A stretch of DNA of 64,000 bases from Anaerolineaceae bacterium (GCA_019429225.1 JAHYJK010000002.1:10230-74229), one strand, 5' to 3'; shown: positions 54,206 through 63,813, counted from the first letter of the stretch. Notes: generated by a model not told the origin, from the letters alone. A program made the numbers and translations.

Positions 54206-56294
54206 TTAAATCCTCATCTCCATTTACTCCTGCGAAAATACCTAATGGTACTTCCATAAACAAAGGTCTTTTGGTTTGATCTGTTACTTCATCATCTGGA
54301 ATGCCCTCTTCTCTAAAAATCCGTTTGATAATTGAGGTACAAGTTTTAGCACCGCAGGAACCCATTCCGGCTCTAGTGACGGTTTTGATTTCATTGAAAT
54401 CCCGGATTCCCTGTCGAATCAGTGAACGAATTTCACCTGCTTTAACGCGTTCACAACGACAGACAATCATGTCGTCATCCAAATGTTCAATATAATGATC
54501 CATGGGGTGGGTGATTTGACTTTCCTGCATGCGTATTCCAGCGATTTTTGAGGCAATTGCTCTAGGTGCCTGTAAATGAACGACTAATGTACGATCACTG
54601 GTCGGAATTGTGTGTACGGACAATACTTCGAATTCTCCTAAAAGGTTTCCTTCAGTATCCATTGCAGTCACTACATCTTTTTCCTGGATAGGATCACGAT
54701 TGAATTCGTATGGAACAGAAATAATGGGCATATCAAGGTTGCTGCGATAATCAACAAGCGTGATCGCTAAACCAGGACATCCTGCCACGCATTGTTCACA
54801 AACCTCGCAACAAAAACCATCACCTAGAAAAACAGGCGTACTGCGAATATCTTTTGTATCAATGAAGATTAATCCATGCGGACATAATGCCGAACAAGGA
54901 TCACATGGGATTTCCTGCGTACAATGAATGATGGGAAAAACACCCTCTTCAATTTCCGGGTATTGAATTTTCTTATTTGCTCCGGGTTTTGACTTTAGAA
55001 TTTCAGATGTGCGGTACAAGGATTCAGGCACCGAACCAATATCCAGCCCTAATCCCTGAGCAATCTCCATACCCCGGATTTTTCCTGCGATGATCGCAGC
55101 GGATGCTTCAGCGATTTCCTCGGCATCACCTGCAACGAACGTTTTTATTCCATATTCGACACCTTTTTTATAAAATTCATTTACAGGATCCAACCCCACA
55201 GCCACAAGAATACTGTCGCACTCAAAAGATTTTTCTGTTCCTGGAATCGGATGAAATTTATCATCTACCTGAGCTATTGTTATTGACTCAACTTTATCCT
55301 TCCCATTTGCGCTCAGGATTGTGTGCGAAGTCATGATGGGCACGCCCATACGCATCAATTTATCTTTGTGAACCTTGTAGCCACCACATTCGGGTAGTGC
55401 TTCCACTAAGCCAACAACTCCGATACCTGCCTGTAATGCATGATAACCGGTGATCAGGCCTACATTACCGCCACCAATGATGAATAATTTCTCTGCAGGT
55501 CGCACAAGATCGCGGTTTACAAGCGTTTGAAACGCTCCTGCACCGTAAACACCTGGCAAGGTATTTCCGTTAAATGTGATAAATTTTTCTCGAGCCCCGG
55601 ATGAAACCAAAAGTATTTCTGGCTTGATGAGAATATATGCATCTCCGTTTTTCAATACTCCCACTTTTTTGTCTGAAAATACAGCCAATGCAGTTGAATT
55701 CAACCAGATATCAACGCATGAATACTCACGTAATTCATCTTCTAATTTTGTGGCAATATCAATGCCACGGGTACCAGCAAAAACAGCTTTTGTCGAACCA
55801 AAAAATCGGTGCGTTTGTAAAACTAATTTTCCACCCAGTCGATGTTTATCATCTAATAAAATTACTTCAACACCTAATTTACCTAATTCCAAAGCCGCTG
55901 AGAGTCCAGCTGGTCCCCCTCCAATAATCAAAACGGGAATCGATATTTCCGGGATTTTATTCATGTCAGGAATATCTTCAATTTTTGGCAAAACTGGAAA
56001 ACCATCCAAAGGTTCAACAATTATTCCTTCCGTTACTTCTTCCATACATGCTTTTATCGGTATTCCATCCACCATAACCATGCATTGCGAACATTGACCA
56101 TTCGCACAAAAGATGCCCTGGGGAGATTGATCTTTGTGGTGATGTCCAAATACCCTGATGCCATTCGCGAATAGAGCAGCGGAAATTGTTTCCCCTTTTT
56201 TTGCTGCGAGGGATTGACCTTTCCAGAAGAAGTGGATCTCTTCTTGCTCAGGGATTGGAAGGATTGGATGTTTTTTTATTCTGTAATCTGTCAT
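54195..56294 (-). CDS. Multidomain Fe-S flavoprotein: 2Fe-2S (HcnA/SoxA-N-like) + FAD/NAD(P) oxidoreductase + ferredoxin-like Cys clusters + BFD-like 2Fe-2S
   Basis: 699 aa. CANGQCSQCMV...AC. IIGGGPAGLSAALELG and IIGGGNVGL. CDPCSALCP / CEVCEQCVAGCP. CRCE...GSCGAKTC. Confidence 0.6.
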   Translation of the reverse strand: MTDYRIKKHPILPIPEQEEIHFFWKGQSLAAKKGETISAALFANGIRVFGHHHKDQSPQGIFCANGQCSQCMVMVDGIPIKACMEEVTEGIIVEPLDGFPVLPKIEDIPDMNKIPEISIPVLIIGGGPAGLSAALELGKLGVEVILLDDKHRLGGKLVLQTHRFFGSTKAVFAGTRGIDIATKLEDELREYSCVDIWLNSTALAVFSDKKVGVLKNGDAYILIKPEILLVSSGAREKFITFNGNTLPGVYGAGAFQTLVNRDLVRPAEKLFIIGGGNVGLITGYHALQAGIGVVGLVEALPECGGYKVHKDKLMRMGVPIMTSHTILSANGKDKVESITIAQVDDKFHPIPGTEKSFECDSILVAVGLDPVNEFYKKGVEYGIKTFVAGDAEEIAEASAAIIAGKIRGMEIAQGLGLDIGSVPESLYRTSEILKSKPGANKKIQYPEIEEGVFPIIHCTQEIPCDPCSALCPHGLIFIDTKDIRSTPVFLGDGFCCEVCEQCVAGCPGLAITLVDYRSNLDMPIISVPYEFNRDPIQEKDVVTAMDTEGNLLGEFEVLSVHTIPTSDRTLVVHLQAPRAIASKIAGIRMQESQITHPMDHYIEHLDDDMIVCRCERVKAGEIRSLIRQGIRDFNEIKTVTRAGMGSCGAKTCTSIIKRIFREEGIPDDEVTDQTKRPLFMEVPLGIFAGVNGDEDLIDD

Positions 56295-56533
56295 TGAAAT
56301 TCCTTCATATGAATTAATTTTCTATGAGTGAAACAGTGCAGTTATTTTTGAGGTAAAAGTAAGAGTAAACCAAAGTAATATTACATAACTTTGAAAAAGA
56401 TTTATACTGTAAGAGTACATATTTTTTTAACTTTTCTGTCATAATTATTTCAATATGGATTTGGTGAGATATTTAGAAGCTTTATTTGTGATAAAATTTT
56501 CAAATTCATTTCCAAATTTTTGGGAGGTTTTCT

Positions 56534-57502
56534 GTGAAAAAAATAGCAGTTTTGACAAGTGGCGGAGACGCACCCGGAATGAATGCTGCGATACGAGCGG
56601 TAGTTCGCTCGGGCGTATCAAAAGGGTGGGAAGTTTATGGCGTTAAGAATGGATACTCTGGACTCCTTGCAGGGAATTTTAACCATCTAGGTCCGAGAGA
56701 CGTCGGCGGGATCATGCAAAGAGGTGGCACAATGTTGGGTAGTGCCAGATCTTCGGAATTTAAGACTGAAGCTGGCCAGAAAAAAGCGATCAGAAACTTA
56801 AATTCTATGGGCATAGAAGGATTAATTGTCATCGGTGGAAACGGTTCACAAACTGGATCATTTAAGCTTTCCGAGTTAGGTTTTCCAGTCGTTGGAGTGG
56901 CATCCACGATTGATAATGATTTGTACGGATCGGAGATCACCATTGGAGTTGATACAGCACTTAATATTGCCCTGGAAGCTGTTGATAGATTAAAAACTAC
57001 TGCATCATCCCACCAGAGAGCATTCTTGCTGGAAGTTATGGGACGTGATTGTGGTTATCTTGCACTGATGACAGCTCTTGCAGGTGGTGCTGAAGCAGTT
57101 ATTATCCCCGAAGTGCCAACGAAACCTGAGGATATTGCCAAACAAATTGAAGAAGCATACCAAAAAGGAAAAGCACATGCGATTGTCATTGTTGCTGAAG
57201 GTGCAGAGTATAATGCTGAGAAATTATCGAATTACTTTAAGGATCATCATGAAATGTTGGGTTTTGATTTGCGTGTAGCGATACTTGGTCATATACAACG
57301 AGGTGGCAATCCTTCCGCTTATGATCGATTATTATCCAGTCGTTTGGGATCAGGGGCAGTAGAAGCGATGGCAAATGGAATATATGGTGTCTTGACCGGT
57401 TGGATGCAATCGAAGATTACATTTACTCCACTGGCGGAAGTTGTCGCAAATAAAAAGACACTTGATAAATCTTTAATTGAGTTGGCTGCTGTTCTGGATT
57501 AA
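56534..57502 (+). CDS. pfkA: ATP-dependent 6-phosphofructokinase
   Basis: 322 aa. GTG start after GGGAGG. KKIAVLTSGGDAPGMNAAIRAVVR, IGGNGS, TIDNDL, MGRDCG. Confidence 0.9.
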   Translation: MKKIAVLTSGGDAPGMNAAIRAVVRSGVSKGWEVYGVKNGYSGLLAGNFNHLGPRDVGGIMQRGGTMLGSARSSEFKTEAGQKKAIRNLNSMGIEGLIVIGGNGSQTGSFKLSELGFPVVGVASTIDNDLYGSEITIGVDTALNIALEAVDRLKTTASSHQRAFLLEVMGRDCGYLALMTALAGGAEAVIIPEVPTKPEDIAKQIEEAYQKGKAHAIVIVAEGAEYNAEKLSNYFKDHHEMLGFDLRVAILGHIQRGGNPSAYDRLLSSRLGSGAVEAMANGIYGVLTGWMQSKITFTPLAEVVANKKTLDKSLIELAAVLD

Positions 57503-57520
57503 TAAAAACGAAGGCAAAAT

Positions 57521-57556
57521 AAAAAAAAACCTCTTAATGGTGGGAGGTTTTTTTTG
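57521..57556. terminator. Bidirectional terminator between pfkA and prfB
   Basis: A9, stem aaacctc/gaggttt (57527-57533 / 57544-57550), T-run. Confidence 0.6.
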
Positions 57557-57572
57557 ATTTGAAATAAGATTC

Positions 57573-58659
57573 TTAGTCGATATTGTATTTGAGGTACGCT
57601 TCAATAAATCCATTCAAATCACCGTCCAGAACCGCATTGACGTTACCAAACTCAAATTCTGTACGATGGTCTTTTGCTAGCTGATAAGGGTGCAGCACAT
57701 AGGATCTAATTTGACTTCCCCATTCTGCTTTCTGATAAACCCCACGTAATTTGGATAATTCCTTTTCCTGTTCTACTCTTCTTATTTCAAGTAATTTTGC
57801 TTTCAAAACCCGAAAAGCATTTTCGCGATTCTGTAACTGGGAACGTTCATTCTGGCAGGTGACAATGATCCCGGTTGGAATATGGAGTAAACGGATCGCT
57901 GTGCTATTTTTCTGAACATTTTGCCCACCAGCCCCAGATGACTTAAAAATGTCAATACGAACATCGTCCTGTGGAACTTCAATGGGCATATTGTCTTGAT
58001 CAATATCTGGCAAAATTTCGACCTGAGCGAATGAAGTATGCCGGCGATGGGCAGCGTCAAATGGAGATAATCTGACTAAGCGATGGACTCCTTTTTCGGA
58101 TTTCAAATATCCATATGCATATCTTCCATCAATGGAAATGGTTACACTTTTGATGCCCGCTTCTTCTCCAACCGATCTATCGAGAATCTCTGCTTTAAAA
58201 TTATTTTTTTCTGCCCACCTCAGATACATTCTCTCAAGCATTTCAGCCCAATCCTGAGAATCGGTGCCACCTGCACCAGCATGAATTGCCAGTAAGGCAT
58301 TTCCATGATCGTATTCTTCTGAAAGGAGGGTGCTTAGTTCCAATTGGTCAAGTTGGTGTTCTATATCAATTAATTCCCTTTCGAGGTCTGGACGAATCGA
58401 TTCTTCACCCAAAAGAGCTAAATCATGCGAATCAGTAATCTGCAATTTAAGTTTTTCTAAATCATGAATTTCTTCACGGAGATCAACGATTTTTTTTAAG
58501 ATTCCCTGTGCTTTTTCGCGATTCTCCCATAGGTCAGGGTTTTCAGCCAGTTTTTCTAACTCGGATAATCTTGACTTTTTTTCTGGTAAGTCAAAGATGC
58601 TCCAGTAGATCGTTAATTTTGACAATACTGTCTGCCAGGCGATCAATTATATCTTGCAT
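57573..58659 (-). CDS. prfB: Peptide chain release factor 2, expressed via programmed +1 frameshift (join 58659..58594 and 58592..57573)
   Basis: ATG 58659 follows GGAG. ORF0 is MQDIIDRLADSIVKINDLLEHL and ends at CTT TGA C (58596-58590). The +1 frame continues DLPEKKSRLSELEKL.... SPF and GGQ motifs are present. Confidence 0.9.
58590..58605 (-). other. prfB recoding site (internal SD-like GGAG + CTT TGA C slippery/stop context)
   Basis: Minus strand reads CTGGAGCATCTTTGAC, the same architecture as the classical RF2 autoregulatory frameshift site. Confidence 0.85.
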
Positions 58660-58670
58660 GAATACTCCAA

Positions 58671-59579
58671 TTAATTTAACAATCCATCAACAAAAGCTGC
58701 TGGATCAAATTCTTGAAAATCTTCTGGTTTTTCACCCAAACCAGCAAAAATAATAGGCAAATTTAATTCTTTTTGGATTGCAAATGCCATACCACCTTTT
58801 GCAGAGGAATCCAGTTTTGTGAGAATGACTCCATTGATGTTGACAGCTTCCTTGAAGGCACGGGCTTGCATCAGTGCGTTTTGGCCCGTTGTAGCATCCA
58901 GAATTAACCAGGTCGCGTGGGGTGCCCCTGGTAAAGCTTTACTGATGACACGATTTACTTTTTTCAATTCTTCCATCAAATTGAATCGAGTATGTAATCT
59001 GCCAGCTGTATCAACGAATACCAAGTCATATTGCTTGGAAATTCCAGCCTGAACTGCATCATATGCAACAGCACCAGGATCTGCATTCGGTTGGCCAGCG
59101 ATGACCGGGATACCCAGACGATCTCCCCAAACCTCCAGTTGTTCGACGGCAGCCGCACGATAGGTATCGGCTGCTGCAAAGAGGACCTTTTGTCCCTGGT
59201 TTTTGAATTTCATACCCAATTTCGCCAGGGTTGTAGTTTTCCCGGATCCATTTACTCCTACAACCATGATGACAGCAGGTTTTTGAGCAGAAAAATCGGG
59301 GATTTCAGGCATGATAAGTTTTGACTGAAGCTCAAGTGCTAAATGTTGGCGTAAATCGGCTGTGGTTATGATTCCTTCATTTTCAACTTTGTTGATTAAA
59401 TTTGCGATGATGACACCCGTTGTATCAATACCAATATCCGCCTGAATCAGCATAGATTCCAGCTCATCCCAGGTATCCAGTGTGATTTCTGTCGCTCCAA
59501 AAAAGTTTGCCAGGCGTCCAAAAGCGACTTTTCTGGTGCGCTCTAAACTATTTTTCCACTTATTGAGAAAATCTGCCAT
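58671..59579 (-). CDS. ftsY: Signal recognition particle receptor FtsY (NG-domain only form)
   Basis: 302 aa. VGVNGSGKTTTLAKL, AADTYRAAAVEQL, DTAGRLH, TKLDSSAKGG. Confidence 0.9.
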   Translation of the reverse strand: MADFLNKWKNSLERTRKVAFGRLANFFGATEITLDTWDELESMLIQADIGIDTTGVIIANLINKVENEGIITTADLRQHLALELQSKLIMPEIPDFSAQKPAVIMVVGVNGSGKTTTLAKLGMKFKNQGQKVLFAAADTYRAAAVEQLEVWGDRLGIPVIAGQPNADPGAVAYDAVQAGISKQYDLVFVDTAGRLHTRFNLMEELKKVNRVISKALPGAPHATWLILDATTGQNALMQARAFKEAVNINGVILTKLDSSAKGGMAFAIQKELNLPIIFAGLGEKPEDFQEFDPAAFVDGLLN

Positions 59580-59601
59580 AGCGTGAAATTATAACATAAG
59601 G

Positions 59602-60642
59602 TCAACTTGAGTGATGGATCGCCAACTGTCCACAACCTGCCTGGATATCAATTCCGCGCCTGAGGCGAATAGTACACGGAATTCCATTCTTTTCCAGTAC
59701 TTTTTGGAATTTAATTGTCTGTTCTCTGTCTGATGCCTGATAGATGGATTGGCTGGTCGGATTCAGGGGAATGGCATTGACATGACATAATAGCCCTTTT
59801 AGTAGATTGGCTAATTTTTGGGCTGTCTGTTCACTATCATTCTTGCCGGCAATCAATGCCCATTCGAAAGTAATTCTGCGATTGGTCTTTTCAATATAGT
59901 ATTTACAGGCGTCTATGATATCCTGGATGGAATATTTTTTGTTAACAGGCATAAGAGATGATCTTTCAGAGTCATCCACAGCATGTAAACTAATTGCCAG
60001 ATTAACCTGTCTTTTTTCATCGGCAAAGCGTTTGATCATGGGCACCAGTCCTACTGTTGAAATGGTAAATCTTCTTGCACCCAATCCAAAACCGTTTGGA
60101 TCACCTAAGCAGTCAATAGCTTTCATGGTCGCATCATAATTATGAAATGGTTCGCCCATACCCATTAATACAATGTTGGTAACTTTTTCACCAACTGCTT
60201 TTAATTGCCTTGCAAAAAATAATACCTGCTCAACGATTTCTCCTGCAGTGAGATGCCGTGTAAATCCCATTTGCCCGGTTGCACAAAAAACACAGCCCAT
60301 GGCGCAGCCGACCTGCGTAGATATGCACAGAGTCCGTCGCTGGTCGTATTTCATTAACACTGTCTCGATTGCCTTCTGGTCCTGTAACTGGAATAAGATT
60401 TTTTCTGTTTCATTATCATTTGATTTTAAGGATTGGATCGGAAGCATGGGTTGAAACTCGAAAAGGTCAAATAGTTTATCTCTCAATGATTTTGGAATAT
60501 TTGTAAATTCCTCCGGTTTGGACCAAAGATTCTTATAAACTCCTGACCAAATCTGGTTCACTCGAAATGATGGTTGATTTAGTTTGTTAATAATCACATC
60601 CAGCAATTGCTCATAAGATAAGTCATAGAATATCGTTTTCAT
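59602..60642 (-). CDS. rlmN: 23S rRNA/tRNA (adenine-C2)-methyltransferase RlmN (radical SAM)
   Basis: ATG 60642 forms an ATGA overlap with the upstream stop. CISTQVGCAMGCVFCATG, MGMGEP, and C-terminal GCGQL. Confidence 0.85.
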   Translation of the reverse strand: MKTIFYDLSYEQLLDVIINKLNQPSFRVNQIWSGVYKNLWSKPEEFTNIPKSLRDKLFDLFEFQPMLPIQSLKSNDNETEKILFQLQDQKAIETVLMKYDQRRTLCISTQVGCAMGCVFCATGQMGFTRHLTAGEIVEQVLFFARQLKAVGEKVTNIVLMGMGEPFHNYDATMKAIDCLGDPNGFGLGARRFTISTVGLVPMIKRFADEKRQVNLAISLHAVDDSERSSLMPVNKKYSIQDIIDACKYYIEKTNRRITFEWALIAGKNDSEQTAQKLANLLKGLLCHVNAIPLNPTSQSIYQASDREQTIKFQKVLEKNGIPCTIRLRRGIDIQAGCGQLAIHHSS

Positions 60643-61451
60643 GGTTTTATTTCCCAATTATTCTGATTGAAGTGATCGACCAAATCTGCTAAATTCTCAA
60701 AAACAAAATGCGGCTGGTAAGCAGAGTTTATCAAATCTTCTGAGGTGGAAATACCTGTAAGAACCAATGCCGTGAGACAATTGGCTTCAAGACCTCCCAA
60801 TATGTCGGTATCTAATCGATCACCGATCACTAAAGTTGATTCCGGTGAAACGTTGATTATTCTCATGGCAATTTCAAACATTTTAGGTTTTGGTTTGCCG
60901 GCGAGAATGGCATTTCTACCACTACCAACTTCCAATGCACGCAAAATGGATCCTGCACCTGGAATGATTCCTTCTGGTGTTGGGAAGGTCGTGTCCGCAT
61001 TAGTGTAATAAAAGTCAACTTCCTGTTGCAATAGTAAAGTAGCAAGTTTTATTTTTTCATAATTTATCTGGCGATCTAATCCGCCAACGACTGCTAAAAC
61101 ATTTCGATCACAATGATAAAAGCCATTCTTCAGCAATGCTTCTCTCAGCCCATTTTCTCCCAGGATATGGACAGGTCCACCATCTGGAAATTTTTCTTTT
61201 AGCAAATCAACCAATGTTGTCGATGATGTAATAATTTGTTCTTCCTGTGCATTAATCCCCAATTTATGCAACTTCACCTGATATTCAGAGGGGGATTTTG
61301 TACTGTTATTGGTCGCAAATGCATATTTGATATTATGGTGTAGTAGATTTTGAAAAATGTGCTCCAAATTACCAATGGGGGTCTGATCTTTCCATAAAAC
61401 CCCATCCATATCAAATATTAACGATTTTATTTTATTCATGTTGATTTTCAC
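60639..61451 (-). CDS. HAD-IIA family phosphatase (NagD-like)
   Basis: 270 aa. LIFDMDGVLW, ATNNS, GKP, GDRLDTDI. Confidence 0.75.
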   Translation of the reverse strand: MKINMNKIKSLIFDMDGVLWKDQTPIGNLEHIFQNLLHHNIKYAFATNNSTKSPSEYQVKLHKLGINAQEEQIITSSTTLVDLLKEKFPDGGPVHILGENGLREALLKNGFYHCDRNVLAVVGGLDRQINYEKIKLATLLLQQEVDFYYTNADTTFPTPEGIIPGAGSILRALEVGSGRNAILAGKPKPKMFEIAMRIINVSPESTLVIGDRLDTDILGGLEANCLTALVLTGISTSEDLINSAYQPHFVFENLADLVDHFNQNNWEIKP

Positions 61452-61459
61452 TTAAATGT

Positions 61460-61491
61460 AAAGCCGGATCGCTTCTCGCTGTCCGGCTTTG
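61460..61491 (-). terminator. Stem-loop downstream of clpP (weak terminator or processing/attenuation hairpin)
   Basis: aagccgga/tccggctt stem with a 13-nt loop. Only a weak U-tract follows on the minus strand. Confidence 0.35.
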
Positions 61492-61508
61492 TCTCACGTT
61501 ATTTGTTT

Positions 61509-62117
61509 TTACTTTTTTGTTGGCACTTCGAGTACTTTATCTACCAGGCCATAGGTGACTGCTTGCTCAGCACTGAGATAATAGTCTCTCTCGGTATCAT
61601 GTTCGATTGTATCTAAGGTTTGACCGGTGCTTTCTGCCATAATCTCATTCAACCGGGCTTTCAAGCGCAGGATTTCTTTTGCTTGAATTTCGATATCTGA
61701 TGCCTGTCCTTGTGCTCCGCCGAGGGGTTGATGCATGTGGATGGTTGCATGCGGCAAGGTATAACGTTGACCTTTTTCGCCGGCAGCCAGGATCACTGTT
61801 CCAAATGATGCAGTCATGCCAACAGCCACCGTTGATATCTTGTTAGGGATCATCTTCATGGTGTCGTAGATCGCCAACCCGGCATAAATATGACCACCAG
61901 GTGAATTAATATACATTTGTATACTTGCTTCAGGGTCTTCTCTACTCAAAAAAAGTAATTGGGCGACAGTTACATTCGCCACCTGATCGTTTATGGGTGT
62001 TCCCAACATGATGATTCTATTTTTCAGCAGCAATGAGAAAATATCATATGCTCGTTCACCTCTGCCAGAGGATTCAATCACCATTGGAATTACAGATGAA
62101 AATTCAGGGATACTCAT
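61509..62117 (-). CDS. clpP: ATP-dependent Clp protease proteolytic subunit
   Basis: 202 aa. [39 protein letters not shown]. Confidence 0.95.
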   Translation of the reverse strand: MSIPEFSSVIPMVIESSGRGERAYDIFSLLLKNRIIMLGTPINDQVANVTVAQLLFLSREDPEASIQMYINSPGGHIYAGLAIYDTMKMIPNKISTVAVGMTASFGTVILAAGEKGQRYTLPHATIHMHQPLGGAQGQASDIEIQAKEILRLKARLNEIMAESTGQTLDTIEHDTERDYYLSAEQAVTYGLVDKVLEVPTKK

Positions 62118-62141
62118 AATCCTGATATTACTCCTTTCATT

Positions 62142-63659
62142 TTATTCTTTGGGAGTTTCCTCTCCCTCAGATTCAGCTTGTTCTTCATTTTCATTTGATT
62201 CTACTTCTATTTCCTGTTCTACGATGGTTTCTGTATGATCTTCGGAACTCTTTTCAACTGATTCTTCGGTTGCTTCTATTTCCTTTTCTACGACGATTTC
62301 TGTGGGATTATCGGAACTCTCTTCCAATGTTTCTTCAGTTGCTTCTATTTCTGTCTCACCGGAAGCTAATGCTTTCATACGTTCCAGTGTTCGCTGGTTG
62401 TACAACCGAGAAATGGCATTATAAGCAACATTATTCACCATTTCATCATTTAATCTTGCTTTCTTACCTTTTTGGTCAGGCATATTTTGAAGCATTTGAA
62501 CAGTGTCATTAATGATTCCGTCAATATCTTCTTTGGCTACTTCAACTTTCTCTTCCTGAGCAACCTGTTCAATGATTAAAGTACTTTTAACACGATTGAT
62601 TGCTGCAGGTCGAACGTTATCCTCGATGTATTTTTCTTTATCAGAATTTAGTAATTTCAAATATGTTTCGAAATCCAAATTCTGTTGTTTGAGATCCCGT
62701 TCCAAAGATTTCAACATATGTTCAATTTCTTCTTCAACCATGAAAGGTGGGAATTTGACTGTTGAGATTTCTTCATATTTTGCAATCAAATCTGAGTAAT
62801 ATTTGTCGTCATATTCTTGTTTTTTATTAATTTCTTGTTGTTCGCGGACTGCCTGTTCAAGTTCTGCGAAGTTCTCAAATTGTCCCAGAGAATTCGCAAA
62901 TTCATCATCTAATTCAGGCAAAGTGAGTGTTTTTACCGATTGAATATTAGTGACAAATTTGACATTTTTTCCTTTGAAGCGCTCATCTTCCGCTTCATCT
63001 GTGAATGAATATTCAATATCCTTCGAATCGCCTTCACTCATACCGATTAATTCATTCGAAAAACCTTCAAATGGCCAATTGTCTTTTTTATCATCTTCAC
63101 CAATCACCAGCTGAACTGGAGTTTCCTCTAAAATGGTTTCTTCGTTTTCAAAACCAGTGAGTTGAAAATAAGCGACGTCACCTTTTTGGATGGGTCTATC
63201 AGCTGGTTCGGCAGTCGCATAATTTTTCTGCAATCTGGTGAGGAATTCATTGATTTCTTCATCCAAAACGGGTTCTGGACTGTATTCCATTTCGATAGAT
63301 TTGTAATCTCCCAATTCAACTTCCGGTTTGAGTGGAACTAAGAAACTCAACTTTGGCGGATCCATGGAGATGATTTCCTGCAAAGAACCAGGACCAGATG
63401 GAGTCACTGAAGCTTCATCCAATACTTTTGCATATTGTTCATCAATAAGCAGTTCAATTGCTTCCTCATTAATCGCACCTTCGCCATACATGCGTAAAAT
63501 CACATCATAAGGGGCTTTACCGGGCCGAAATCCAGGTATTTTTGCCTGTTTGGCAATTTTCTTGGCAGCCCGACGTTTAAAACTATCAAATAATTCAACC
63601 TCGAATTCAGCTTCGATTTTTACTTGATGATCTTCTTGTGGAATGGTTTCAATTTTCAA
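62142..63659 (-). CDS. tig: Trigger factor with ~70-aa acidic repeat extension
   Basis: 505 aa. N-terminal FRPGKAPYDVI ribosome-binding signature, directly upstream of clpP. The C-terminal tail is built of EIEATEE.. repeats. Confidence 0.9.
   Translation of the reverse strand: MKIETIPQEDHQVKIEAEFEVELFDSFKRRAAKKIAKQAKIPGFRPGKAPYDVILRMYGEGAINEEAIELLIDEQYAKVLDEASVTPSGPGSLQEIISMDPPKLSFLVPLKPEVELGDYKSIEMEYSPEPVLDEEINEFLTRLQKNYATAEPADRPIQKGDVAYFQLTGFENEETILEETPVQLVIGEDDKKDNWPFEGFSNELIGMSEGDSKDIEYSFTDEAEDERFKGKNVKFVTNIQSVKTLTLPELDDEFANSLGQFENFAELEQAVREQQEINKKQEYDDKYYSDLIAKYEEISTVKFPPFMVEEEIEHMLKSLERDLKQQNLDFETYLKLLNSDKEKYIEDNVRPAAINRVKSTLIIEQVAQEEKVEVAKEDIDGIINDTVQMLQNMPDQKGKKARLNDEMVNNVAYNAISRLYNQRTLERMKALASGETEIEATEETLEESSDNPTEIVVEKEIEATEESVEKSSEDHTETIVEQEIEVESNENEEQAESEGEETPKE
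62199..62352 (-). repeat. 69-nt (23-aa) tandem coding repeat, about 2.2 copies, in the tig 3' end
   Basis: The forward-strand landmark cttctatttc recurs at 62203, 62272 and 62341 (period 69). Protein units are EIEATEETLEESSDNPTEIVVEK and EIEATEESVEKSSEDHTETIVEQ, then EIEVES... Confidence 0.85.
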
Positions 63660-63691
63660 AGCGACGATCCTTTATATATAAAAAATTTTTA

Positions 63692-63773
63692 TGGGGAAGA
63701 GGGGACTTGAACCCCTACGCCTTGCGGCACATGATCCTAAGTCATGCCTGTCTGCCAATTCCAGCACTTCCCC
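63692..63773 (-). tRNA. tRNA-Leu (anticodon UAG)
   Basis: Hand-folded: GGGGAAG/CTTCCCC acceptor, CATGA-CTTAGGA-TCATG anticodon arm, long variable arm TGCCGCAAGGCGT, AGGGG-TTCAAGT-CCCCT T-arm. Confidence 0.95.
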
Positions 63774-63784
63774 ACAGCGTCCAA

Positions 63785-63813
63785 ATTATAAGCGTAACCA
63801 GGCGGAGCGTCAA
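63785..63813 (-). promoter_or_regulatory. Near-consensus sigma70 promoter of tRNA-Leu
   Basis: Minus strand reads TTGACG (63813-63808), 17-nt spacer, TATAAT (63790-63785), about 11 nt before the tRNA 5' end. Confidence 0.7.

Noticed and set aside
55576-56097. 173-aa and 96-aa plus-strand ORFs antisense to the 699-aa flavoprotein gene.
   Set aside because: They are embedded antisense ORFs in a clearly coding region, with no start context or recognisable motifs.
57573-58646. The track's un-shifted start for RF2 (MIAWQTVLSKLTIYWSIF...).
   Set aside because: These residues are the out-of-frame reading of the region upstream of the CTT TGA C recoding site. The true N-terminus comes from the 22-codon ORF0.
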